64,000 nucleotides of DNA from a virus: the IMG/VR virus record IMGVR_UViG_3300028559_001021, positions 2,746 to 66,745 of that record; one strand, 5' to 3'. Position 1 is the stretch's first letter. Every line of letters begins with the position of its first letter. Shown in pieces: positions 20,253 through 29,534 of this stretch. The notes under the pieces are model-generated. The model was not told where the DNA came from. It worked only from the letters and a program-made list of their open reading frames with translations, and did no database searches. A program made the position numbers and the translations under genes.

Positions 20253-20561
20253 TTAAACCCCCAAATGTGTATTTATCCATCCCATATATTTATCTTTTCT
20301 GTCTTTCGTAAATAATCTATTGTCCACAACAATACCATTTAACAAAATCTTAACTGATTTAATATCACCCAATCTAGAAAGTTTTTCTATATTACTAAAT
20401 TCAGATAATAGCTGAAGACTTTCTGATGGTGTTACAATTGGAGTGATTAATCTATTGTCAAGTAAAAAAGATTCAATGAGATAATTACCAAATTCAATAT
20501 CAATTTGTAATTTTTCTTTTTGGGTTAAACCCTCGGTTGGGGTGTATATAACATTACTCAT
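20253..20561 (-). CDS. Hypothetical protein, possible fibre chaperone
   Basis: 102-aa helical ORF immediately downstream of a fibre gene. Confidence 0.55.
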   Translation of the reverse strand: MSNVIYTPTEGLTQKEKLQIDIEFGNYLIESFLLDNRLITPIVTPSESLQLLSEFSNIEKLSRLGDIKSVKILLNGIVVDNRLFTKDRKDKYMGWINTHLGV

Positions 20562-20577
20562 ATTTATTTATTTTTTT

Positions 20578-21597
20578 TTAAATTAATTCGGTTTCAAAAA
20601 TTACAAGTGGTACAGAACTAAAATAATCTGTTTGACTAATTGGGTATGGATTTGGAATTAGATTTACAATCCCAGCCGATTTTCCTGTAATATATGGTGT
20701 AGCGCCTAAAGTTGGAACTAAACCAAAAATATTATCATTTCCTAAGTTTATACTCCTATATCCTTGTATTATTGTTTGATTTGTGGCATAAGCATAATTA
20801 CCTGGGGCTAAATCCAATGTTATTCCTGTAAATGTATAAATCCCAGTCCCAACAATATTATATTGTTCTTGCCATAATCTTTCAGTTATAATTCCATTTT
20901 CTACTTTATGTATTGATAAATAACCATCACAAACAACACTAAATAATGAAATTTCTAATTTTGCTGACTTAATTCTAGTATTGACAGGTACATTAAACCC
21001 AACCCCAATACTTGAATTTGACCCAAAATTAGTACTATTAGTAGCTCTATATGTATTTTGGAACGATGTCCAAAGTGAGTTTGCATAATATGGTATTGGT
21101 TCTGGTATATTTTCATATGTTGTTGCGGATATTGTTGTTGCGGTCAAATCACCAATTGTTCCCCCAGTAAATAAAGGTAAATTTATTAAATTACTACCAT
21201 CACCATATAATGTCCCACCACTTATAGTTGTTGCAGATAATGTGTCAATAGTACCTCCAGTAAAAGGTGTTGTTAAACCACTAACAACAAAGGTATTTCC
21301 ACTATTATTTGTGAATGTGATAACCCCATCATTATAAGTTCCTCCAGTCACAAAAACATCAATTGGTAAGTTATTATATGTGGTTGCCGAAATTGTATTA
21401 GAAATCAATCCATTTGTAAATTCAGTTAATCCACTTATAGTTCCCCCAGTAAATGTTGTTTCAAAATATGTTTTTAAATCACCAATCAATACCTTTGATG
21501 TTGTATTTAAATTAACATCCACAATAGGTATAACATCATTATTTGTTATACTTGAGAAAATTAATTGTGGTAATTCTGAAATTTTAATATTTGCCAT
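20578..21597 (-). CDS. Fibre protein with TGGT repeats
   Basis: MANIKISELP..D.IPIVD anchor; FTGGTI and ISATTY repeats. Confidence 0.7.
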   Translation of the reverse strand: MANIKISELPQLIFSSITNNDVIPIVDVNLNTTSKVLIGDLKTYFETTFTGGTISGLTEFTNGLISNTISATTYNNLPIDVFVTGGTYNDGVITFTNNSGNTFVVSGLTTPFTGGTIDTLSATTISGGTLYGDGSNLINLPLFTGGTIGDLTATTISATTYENIPEPIPYYANSLWTSFQNTYRATNSTNFGSNSSIGVGFNVPVNTRIKSAKLEISLFSVVCDGYLSIHKVENGIITERLWQEQYNIVGTGIYTFTGITLDLAPGNYAYATNQTIIQGYRSINLGNDNIFGLVPTLGATPYITGKSAGIVNLIPNPYPISQTDYFSSVPLVIFETELI

Positions 21598-21609
21598 ATT
21601 GTGTTTTAT

Positions 21610-23877
21610 TTATTCTATAATTATATTGTCCCCACCTTCGGTTACCAAGAAATCATCATTTTCTGTTAATAAAGTATCGTTAATAATTGGTACTAAGGTC
21701 GTTGTCGTTGTTGTTGGATTTATGGTTGTTGTTGTATCAATAATTTGAAATGTGAAATCATCTGGTTCACAAACAATTGTTGTGCAATCAGGACAATCAG
21801 GATTAAACATCCTAAATGTATTCTTTAACAAACCAAAATTATGTTTAACTTCTGGCGCCGACAATGGAGTTACATACATTCTGAATTGAGATATTCCACC
21901 CTCAAATGTTCCCGCAAAATTCTGTTCAATCAATATGTTTGTATTCAAACCACTCAATGTTGTTCCACTCAAATCATTATTTGGAAAACATTCTGGGTCT
22001 TGAACATACAATCCCCCAGTCATTGAAGAAAATGTTAAATTCTCTCTCAATCCTTGAGTTCCACCACCCCAAGATATATTAAATGGAACACCAACTTGTT
22101 TTTCCTTATCAGTATTCAATCCCCTTGGAATAATTTCTTCAAAATCCTCAATAGTATCAATTAACTTTCCATTAACATAAATCTTTAATCTCCCCTTTCT
22201 ATATTTTCCATTCTTTAACCACAATTCATTTAAATTAATAATATCAACTTTCAAAATCTCATCACCCCTTGTATATGGTGGTGCAATCAATGATGCTGAA
22301 TTATTCGCTAATCCCTCTAATGTTTTATTCTCAACAATATCTCCCAATCCACCTTTCCAATATAAATCACACTCATCTAAGAAATTATATCTTTCCCAAA
22401 CAACATTAACTTGAAACCAATGTTCCAAATTCAACCAAGCGGGATTAATTTTTTGACAATCAGGATAAATTGGTGGTGTACATATCTCAGTTATGGTATA
22501 ACCTGTTGTATAAGTTATCCCAGTCGCACAAGTTCCAGTTGTTTCACAACCTCCAGTAAATCTTAAAAATCTAATACCAATACCTGGATTCTTGGGGTCG
22601 CCACATAACTTAAACGCTAACGCATTGCTAAGAGTATCTAGTAATGGATTCTTCTCACAAGTATCCTCAATTGAAGTAAAACCAGTTGATGAGCAATCAT
22701 CACAATCTTTACACTCGACACAATCAGTACAAGTTGGAGTACAAGTTGTCTGAGGCGGGAATGGGTCACAAGATGGTGTTGGACTTGGTGTAGGTGTTGG
22801 AGTTGGGGTTAATGGAATAATAGTCCCACAAGTATGAGTTTGACATTCCCACCCACAAGTTTGACAAGGAATATCATTACAATCACAACCACAAGTTAAT
22901 TTTATATTTTTATCCCCACCACATTTATCACAACCATAATTAATATGAGGGTCGTGAGCACCATTAATAGAACGAGGGGAATAAACATAGATACATCTAC
23001 TCTTAATATTCTCATCACAACAAGCACAAGTTGATAACGTTGTAAGTCCTGATGTTATTCTAGTATAACCTGTATTACATCTTGGACTACCATCAGCGTG
23101 ATGATAAAATTTATTCTCAGCCCTTGTTCCAATATAAAAGAATATGTTTTTATTGTTGGGATATATTTCATTCAGTGTTGTTTCACCAGTTGTACCAGAA
23201 TATTCATTAACCAACCTTGGTTTTAATAACATCTCAACAGCCCAACCCTTATTCATTCTCTCAGGGAATATTTCATAATCATAACCAAATAACTTATAAA
23301 ACCCTTGATAAAACCCACCATATAATTCGTGATATCTACCCTCAAATGGACTAGACTTACTTACAACCTCATATAATACATTTTTATTAAATCCTGAGAA
23401 TCTAACATTAGAAGATGTAAACCCAGTAACTTGATGTAACTTTAATCGTCTATCAAAATATAATCTATTGAATTTTAAACTATTTGGTAATAATCCTTCC
23501 GTAAAAACAATTGTTTCACCAGTCATACTACTAACCAACCCATTGTCAATACCGGTTAACCCAATGTCACAAGATGAACCTGACAACTCACAACTTAAAA
23601 TTTCTTCCTTTGGATTATAGTAATTTTGAGAAACAAATATATTGTTAAAATTATAATTCTTATAGATTAATGGCATGTTCTGAACCGATACGGGGTTGTT
23701 AATGTCAAAGTTAAATGGCAATCTGTTACCAAATGTTTGAGCAATTAAATATGGGGAAAAAACAACCTCTTGATTGAAATTCAATTCATCAGAAGTTAAA
23801 GACATATCAAAAGACTCCAAACTCAATTGGAGGATATTATTATTGGATACAAATTGTCTTATATTTTGATAGGACAT
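21610..23877 (-). CDS. Cys-rich structural protein with LamG-like domain and PT/T-rich linkers
   Basis: KIYVNG and F.GGISQFRMY..PLS..EV LamG-like end; dense CxxC cluster; LLTENDDFLVTEGGD tail. Confidence 0.65.
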   Translation of the reverse strand: MSYQNIRQFVSNNNILQLSLESFDMSLTSDELNFNQEVVFSPYLIAQTFGNRLPFNFDINNPVSVQNMPLIYKNYNFNNIFVSQNYYNPKEEILSCELSGSSCDIGLTGIDNGLVSSMTGETIVFTEGLLPNSLKFNRLYFDRRLKLHQVTGFTSSNVRFSGFNKNVLYEVVSKSSPFEGRYHELYGGFYQGFYKLFGYDYEIFPERMNKGWAVEMLLKPRLVNEYSGTTGETTLNEIYPNNKNIFFYIGTRAENKFYHHADGSPRCNTGYTRITSGLTTLSTCACCDENIKSRCIYVYSPRSINGAHDPHINYGCDKCGGDKNIKLTCGCDCNDIPCQTCGWECQTHTCGTIIPLTPTPTPTPSPTPSCDPFPPQTTCTPTCTDCVECKDCDDCSSTGFTSIEDTCEKNPLLDTLSNALAFKLCGDPKNPGIGIRFLRFTGGCETTGTCATGITYTTGYTITEICTPPIYPDCQKINPAWLNLEHWFQVNVVWERYNFLDECDLYWKGGLGDIVENKTLEGLANNSASLIAPPYTRGDEILKVDIINLNELWLKNGKYRKGRLKIYVNGKLIDTIEDFEEIIPRGLNTDKEKQVGVPFNISWGGGTQGLRENLTFSSMTGGLYVQDPECFPNNDLSGTTLSGLNTNILIEQNFAGTFEGGISQFRMYVTPLSAPEVKHNFGLLKNTFRMFNPDCPDCTTIVCEPDDFTFQIIDTTTTINPTTTTTTLVPIINDTLLTENDDFLVTEGGDNIIIE

Positions 23878-23888
23878 CTTTTTTTATG

Positions 23889-23915
23889 ATAAATACTCTG
23901 AAACGAAGTATTTAT
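23889..23915. promoter_or_regulatory. Divergent pair of TATTTAT motifs
   Basis: ATAAATA at 23889-23895 and TATTTAT at 23909-23915 between divergent genes. Confidence 0.55.
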
Positions 23916-23927
23916 TAAGAAAATTTA

Positions 23928-24782
23928 ATGATGAATAAATTCAGTAAAGAATACTTTAATGACAATTGTTATTTTCTTATAGAAGGAAATGGGAATGACT
24001 TTGTATTAAGTTATTCTGTTTATGGTACTATATCAGAGTCAAAGAAGAATGAGGGGAAGAAAAAATTTAATAAGAAAAGTTATAACAAAATAAAAAAAGT
24101 AATTGACAAACATATTAATTCAAAAAACAAATCATCAAAAAAAGAAATTGAAACTGATTTGGATTCCGTTGAACTTGATGAATATGTTGATTCTGATGGA
24201 ACATTATTATCATCTAAGACACCCATATATAATATGTGGACACACCCCAAGAAAACTACTGACCAAATTGTTCCTGCAACTAGGATGCCTGGTTATTCAA
24301 TATTAAGAGGTTATCGTGTTTATTATGGTGAAGGTGAAGAGAAAGATGGTAATTTGATTGACGAAATAGATATGTCAGATGCTTTTGGTTATGACGAAAC
24401 AAAAAACAAAGATTTTAATGCCACATTAAAAATATTCAAAAAAATGGGGGTTGAAGACCCTGAAGAAAGATTAGATAGGGCAAAGAAATTTGGAAAACTA
24501 CCCAATCAAAAAGTTATGAAAACCAAAACAGGAAAAAAGGTTTTAAAACAAAGATTGGTTGAAAAAGAATATCTTGATGAAATCAAAAAACAAAGAATGA
24601 TTAAAATGGTTGAGGATATCCTTGCAAAGAAAGGAGGTGACCACGAAATTATGGAAAAAGAAAATGAAGAGGGTGGGTTAAATAAAATTATAACCAAGAA
24701 CTTAGAAGCGATTAAAAACTTGGCAAAGAAAGAAGGAATAAGTATTAATAAACTAATTAATATTCTAAAAAAAGGTGAATAA
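23928..24782 (+). CDS. Hypothetical protein
   Basis: 284-aa ORF starting a coupled operon. Confidence 0.75.
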   Translation: MMNKFSKEYFNDNCYFLIEGNGNDFVLSYSVYGTISESKKNEGKKKFNKKSYNKIKKVIDKHINSKNKSSKKEIETDLDSVELDEYVDSDGTLLSSKTPIYNMWTHPKKTTDQIVPATRMPGYSILRGYRVYYGEGEEKDGNLIDEIDMSDAFGYDETKNKDFNATLKIFKKMGVEDPEERLDRAKKFGKLPNQKVMKTKTGKKVLKQRLVEKEYLDEIKKQRMIKMVEDILAKKGGDHEIMEKENEEGGLNKIITKNLEAIKNLAKKEGISINKLINILKKGE

Positions 24783-25248
24783 GGATTTATACGGAGAAAG
24801 AGTTGAGTTACCAGAACAAATCGTTGTTTATTTAAAACAATGTAGCGACTCTATCCCCAATGCTAATGATAAAACCGAAGGTTATAGAAGAAATAAAGAA
24901 TTAAGGGATTCTGGATTTGTAACTTATCAACAATTAAAAAGAATGAAAAATTTCTTTGATAGTTATAATGGAGATAAAACTGATATGCCTTTTATATTAA
25001 ATGGGGCGGATTATGTTAAAACTTGGGTTGACAATACATTAACATCAATGAGGGACAATGTTTATATGTCAAAAGATATTAAATCAACCGTCCTCCCAAA
25101 CCAATTTATCCAACCCCACCAAAAAAATGTAAATTTATCATATGATAATAGACCGAGTCAACAACATAAAGACACTCTATCTACTTATGATTTAAGAGTG
25201 ACAGAAAGTCTAAAAAGAATAAACGAAATAATAAAAACAATAATTTAA
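24775..25248 (+). CDS. Hypothetical protein
   Basis: 157-aa ORF overlapping the upstream stop; LKRMKNFF motif. Confidence 0.7.
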   Translation: MNKDLYGERVELPEQIVVYLKQCSDSIPNANDKTEGYRRNKELRDSGFVTYQQLKRMKNFFDSYNGDKTDMPFILNGADYVKTWVDNTLTSMRDNVYMSKDIKSTVLPNQFIQPHQKNVNLSYDNRPSQQHKDTLSTYDLRVTESLKRINEIIKTII

Positions 25249-25249
25249 T

Positions 25250-25546
25250 ATGCCAGTTACAGAACCATTAAATTTTGACCAACCAAGTAATGAACTTTCT
25301 AGTATTGCTGATATTGAAAGAAGAAAACTTTTACCAAAAAACGATTATACAAAAACATCATTTGAATACTCAACAGTTAATCCTAACGCATTGGCCGATG
25401 GTGATGGACAAGGTAAAGGAACTGGAGACTTCTTGGATGTTTATAACCAAGCCGCAGGGGCAATACAAGATATCGTTGAAAGACGTACTCAAAAAGTAAT
25501 CAATGAATACCAACCAGACAAACCTTATACAACACCAAGTGCATAA
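25250..25546 (+). CDS. Hypothetical protein
   Basis: 98-aa ORF, ALADGD..GKGTG motif, coupled. Confidence 0.7.
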   Translation: MPVTEPLNFDQPSNELSSIADIERRKLLPKNDYTKTSFEYSTVNPNALADGDGQGKGTGDFLDVYNQAAGAIQDIVERRTQKVINEYQPDKPYTTPSA

Positions 25547-25935
25547 TGAAACTTTACAACATAACTAAATCTCTTATCTTAGAAATGGCTTCAATTGACA
25601 GTGTCATTGATGCCATCAAAAAGAAAAATAGGATTATCATCTACTATGATGGTGATGAACCAGGAGGTCGTGGATTACGTGAAATTGAACCAGTTTGTTT
25701 TGGTTATAGTAAAGCAGGTAATCCAGTGTTAAGAGCTTGGGACATTGAAGGTTCATCTCATAGAGATTATATTGGTAAAAAACCTCTCCCAAGTTGGAGA
25801 TTGTTTAGATTAGATAAAGTATTATCTTTTAGACCATCTGGGGAGAAATTTGATACACCTAGACCAAACTATAATACAAGTGGTGATAAAGGTATGAGTA
25901 GAGTAATAATAAACACAAAATTTGATACAATTTAA
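25546..25935 (+). CDS. Stand-alone WYL-domain protein
   Basis: I.YY....R.IEP......LRAW....WRLFRLDK pattern. Confidence 0.8.
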   Translation: MKLYNITKSLILEMASIDSVIDAIKKKNRIIIYYDGDEPGGRGLREIEPVCFGYSKAGNPVLRAWDIEGSSHRDYIGKKPLPSWRLFRLDKVLSFRPSGEKFDTPRPNYNTSGDKGMSRVIINTKFDTI

Positions 25936-25938
25936 AAT

Positions 25939-26535
25939 ATGGCAAAAGAAGATGAATTAATGAGGAAACTTATGATTTCCAAAAAAATAATGGATGCCCA
26001 CAATACAACACCAAGAGGTCAAGTTAGTGGTAATTATCCAAGTACACCTGAATTACAAGAATTCCAAGTACCACAAGCAAATTATAATATACCTCAAGAT
26101 ATTATGATGGAATCATCCGTACAACAACAACCACAAAAATTTGCCAATTCAAAAGACAGAATATTATCATCAAAACTTCCCAATGAAATTAAACGTCTTA
26201 TGATTGAACATCCTATTCAACAACCAAGTAGTATGGGTGGAGGTTCAGTATTGAGTAATGAATTGGTTGAGAAAGCAGCAAGACTTATGAAGAATGATGT
26301 TGCCAATAATGCGAATCCATACCAACCAAAAAAACAATCAATACAAGAATATTCAAGACCACAAGATACAAACTCAAGTTTAGACAGAGATACACTTAAA
26401 GAAGTTATTAAGGAAGTTTTAAGTGAAAATGGTTTGTTGGTTGAAAGTACATCCAAATCAAATGATATGTTCCAATTTAGAGTAGGAAGTCATATCTTTG
26501 AAGGTAAAGTAACCAAAATTAAAAAAGTACGTTAA
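25939..26535 (+). CDS. Hypothetical protein
   Basis: 198-aa ORF ending the operon. Confidence 0.75.
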   Translation: MAKEDELMRKLMISKKIMDAHNTTPRGQVSGNYPSTPELQEFQVPQANYNIPQDIMMESSVQQQPQKFANSKDRILSSKLPNEIKRLMIEHPIQQPSSMGGGSVLSNELVEKAARLMKNDVANNANPYQPKKQSIQEYSRPQDTNSSLDRDTLKEVIKEVLSENGLLVESTSKSNDMFQFRVGSHIFEGKVTKIKKVR

Positions 26536-26557
26536 TCTAACTATAATTTATCTTATT

Positions 26558-26603
26558 CCCCACATCCCCTGAAGAAATTCAAGTTGTGGGGTTTCGTTTT
26601 TTT
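26558..26603 (+). terminator. Probable terminator
   Basis: CCCCACA...TGTGGGG followed by a T-rich run. Confidence 0.6.
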
Positions 26604-26665
26604 AATTATTTTACTAACCCTTTAGACAATACTGATGTTGGGTATATTTATAATAAAAACTAAAT

Positions 26666-27571
26666 ATGAAAGAAGAAATAATTAAATTGATTATTACCGA
26701 ATATAAAAAAGGTTTGGGTTCTACAACCATATCAAAAAAATACAATATCCCAAAACAAAAAATATTAAAGGTAATTAAAGATAAAAATTTAACAAGAATT
26801 AAAGATAGGTGTAAAAAATTGAATATAATACAAGAGGGCGAGTATTTTAAAACTGAAAAGATTTGTCCAATATGTAATACAAAAACATTTATAAAAACTA
26901 AAGAAAGTACCACAACTTGTAGAAATTATTATAATGCGATAAAAAGAGGTGGAAATTGTAAAAAATGTAGTTTGGAATTACAAAAAGGTGAGGGTAATCC
27001 ATTTTTCGGAAAAAAACATTCGGATAAAACAAAATCAACAATATCAAAAAATAGAAAAGGAAAAGCTATTGGTGAAAACAATTCTATGTCAAAGTATGAA
27101 CATAGAAAAAAATTATCCGATAGTTTAAAAAAAAGTTGGGAGAGTGGTAAGTTAGAGGAAACAAGGAAGAAGATGAGTGAAGTATTAAAAAGCACGAGAA
27201 GAAGTGGTAAAATTAAATCGGTGAACAAATCTAAAAAAGAAACTGAAATCTGTAATGATATAAAAAAAATGGGTTATAAAGTTCAGTCTTCTTACAAAGT
27301 TGACACAAAAATATGTGATGTATTCATACCAAAACTAAATTTGATTATTGAATATTTTGGAGATTATTGGCATTGTAATCCTAACAAATATTCAGCCGAA
27401 TATATTAATAAAAAAAAGAATCTTACAGCAAAAGAAATTTGGGAATATGATACCTCAAAACTTGAATTAATCAAAAGTTATGGTTATAATTTGGAAGTAA
27501 TTTGGGAGAGTGAACTCAAATTAAATAATGATAAATTATTAAACATAATTAAAAAATATGATACAAAATGA
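26666..27571 (+). mobile_element. Free-standing homing endonuclease (NUMOD3 repeats plus Vsr/DUF559-like nuclease)
   Basis: HTH-like N-terminus, CxxC pairs, GEGNPFFGKKHS (NUMOD3), D....LIIEYFGDYWH...IWE. Confidence 0.85.
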
Positions 27572-28814
27572 TAATCAACCTCGGTTGGATCACAGAGAGA
27601 GAATAAGAGTACTTGTTCTGCCCTCAGATACAACCGGGGTTGGCTGAGGTAAATTCCGAAGCGTAGACCCCCATGTAATGTTACAAAATATGTATCCAGA
27701 TGATTTTCATGTGGACATAGATTACCAACCAAGGATTAATGATGTTAATTATTGGAAACAATATCAGATTGTTCATGTACATAGAAACATTGGACAATCA
27801 TATGAACAAACCCCAACCATAATCAATTTCTTAAAATCAATAGGCATTATTGTTGTTGTTGATTTGGATGACTATTGGTTACCAGGAAAGGAACACCCAA
27901 TACACACCTTGATTGTTCAAGACAAAATCCACGAAAAGATTATGGCGAACTTGAAGGTAGCCAGTTATGTTATTACAACAACAAACATCTTTGCCGATGA
28001 GATTAGAAAATTAAATAGGAATGTTGTTATATTACCCAATGCCATCAATCCTGACGAATTACAATTCAAACAACCAAACGAAGAATCGAATAGAGTTAGA
28101 GTTGGATGGTTGGGTGGATCGTCACACTTTCACGACTTAAAATTACTACAAGGTTTTGTTGGAAAGAATAGTGGATTACAAGACAAACTCCAATATGTTT
28201 TATGTGGATTTGATATTAGAGGAACTGTAACTGAAATCAATCAACAAACTGGGGAAAGGAAACAAAGAAACATTAAACCTGAAGAAACTGTATGGTCTCG
28301 TTATGAGGAAATCTTTACTAACAATTATAGTATTATCCCCCCTGACTACCATAAGTTCTTAATGACCTTTAAAGAAGAAGAATATCCTAACGAAAAAGAT
28401 TTTGGTTATAGAAGGGTGTGGACAAAACATATTAACACATACGCTACAAATTATTCAAAGTTTGATATATCTTTGGCTCCAATCAAAAACCACATCTTTA
28501 ATAGGGTTAAATCACAATTAAAAGTTATTGAAGCTGGATTTTATAAAAAAGCAATAATAGCATCTGAAGTTGGTCCCTATACAATTGACTTGAAACATTC
28601 AATGGAATTTGGTAAGTTTGTTGATGGAAATGCCTTGTTGGTTAAAGAAGAAAGAAATCATAGTGATTGGGCTAAACACATTAAAACTTTAGCATACAAT
28701 CCAAATATGGTTATTGATTTGGGTGAAAGATTATATGAGTCAGTTAAGGACAAATATGATTTGAGAAACGTAACTAGAGATAGGGCATCATGGTATAAAT
28801 CACTAATAAAATAA
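27558..28814 (+). CDS. GT4-like (GT-B) glycosyltransferase with an in-frame TGA at 27645-27647
   Basis: ATG 27558 is in frame with the 27678 ORF: RIRVLVLPSDTTGVG*GKFRSVDPH...; downstream DLDDYW, VGWLGGSSH, DISLAP..FNRVKSQLKVIEAG. Confidence 0.8.
27575..27650 (+). promoter_or_regulatory. Putative translational bypass (stop-hop) element
   Basis: Gly codons flank the stop (GGC TGA GGT); long hairpin 27575-27643 and alternative hairpin CCTCAG(27622-27)/CTGAGG(27644-49). Confidence 0.55.
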
Positions 28815-28820
28815 TAATAT

Positions 28821-29534
28821 ATGTTAATCAAACAACCCCTCACCAAGATTTTATTTATGGATATTGAAACCGTTGGATGTTGTCCAAACTATGATGTTTG
28901 TTCAAATTTAAATCCAACGGTATCAGAACAATTTGACAAATACTTTGATTGGTTTTTAAAAAGATTTCCTGAAGACGAATTAGTTGGGGAGGATATTAAG
29001 AATTATGTTTTTACCAAAAGAACGGCATTAGTGCCGGAGTTTGCAAAGATTGTTTGTGTTAGTTTTGCCTTTGTCTTAGATGATGGTTCAGTTAGAAAAC
29101 AAACCTTCTCTGACGAGGACGAATTCAAATTGTTAAAGAATGTCCAAGGATTATTAAATAAGGTTGGGAAATTGGATTTTTGGTTATGTGGTCATAACTT
29201 AAAGAACTTTGATATTCCAATGTTAGCAAAACGTATGATTGTTAATGGTTTGATTCCACCAACAATGTTACCAACCTATGATACCAAACCTTGGGACATT
29301 AAAGCAATTGACACCAAAGAGATTTGGCAATATGGCGCATATACCTCCATTGGATCGTTGGATTTGTTATGTTCAAGCTTGGGTATTCAGACACCAAAAG
29401 ATGGTGAGGTGGTTGGAGAAAAAGTTCATAACGAGTATTGGGAAAAACAAAACTTGAAAGGTATTTCCGAATATTGTGAAAAAGATGTAAATGTATTAAT
29501 AGAAATAATTAAAAAATTAAAAGAATTACAATGA
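28821..29534 (+). CDS. DnaQ/PolB-related 3'-5' exonuclease
   Basis: DIET, GHN...FDIP and YCEKDV motifs. Confidence 0.9.
   Translation: MLIKQPLTKILFMDIETVGCCPNYDVCSNLNPTVSEQFDKYFDWFLKRFPEDELVGEDIKNYVFTKRTALVPEFAKIVCVSFAFVLDDGSVRKQTFSDEDEFKLLKNVQGLLNKVGKLDFWLCGHNLKNFDIPMLAKRMIVNGLIPPTMLPTYDTKPWDIKAIDTKEIWQYGAYTSIGSLDLLCSSLGIQTPKDGEVVGEKVHNEYWEKQNLKGISEYCEKDVNVLIEIIKKLKELQ

Noticed and set aside
26536-27680. Group I intron housing the endonuclease
   Set aside because: The upstream gene ends normally with a terminator, the endonuclease has its own promoter motif, and no 5' exon or intron core is visible.
27645-27700. Selenocysteine at the in-frame TGA
   Set aside because: No clear SECIS-like hairpin directly 3' of the TGA and no Sel genes in the window; the structure lies 5' of and across the stop. 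Not fully excluded.
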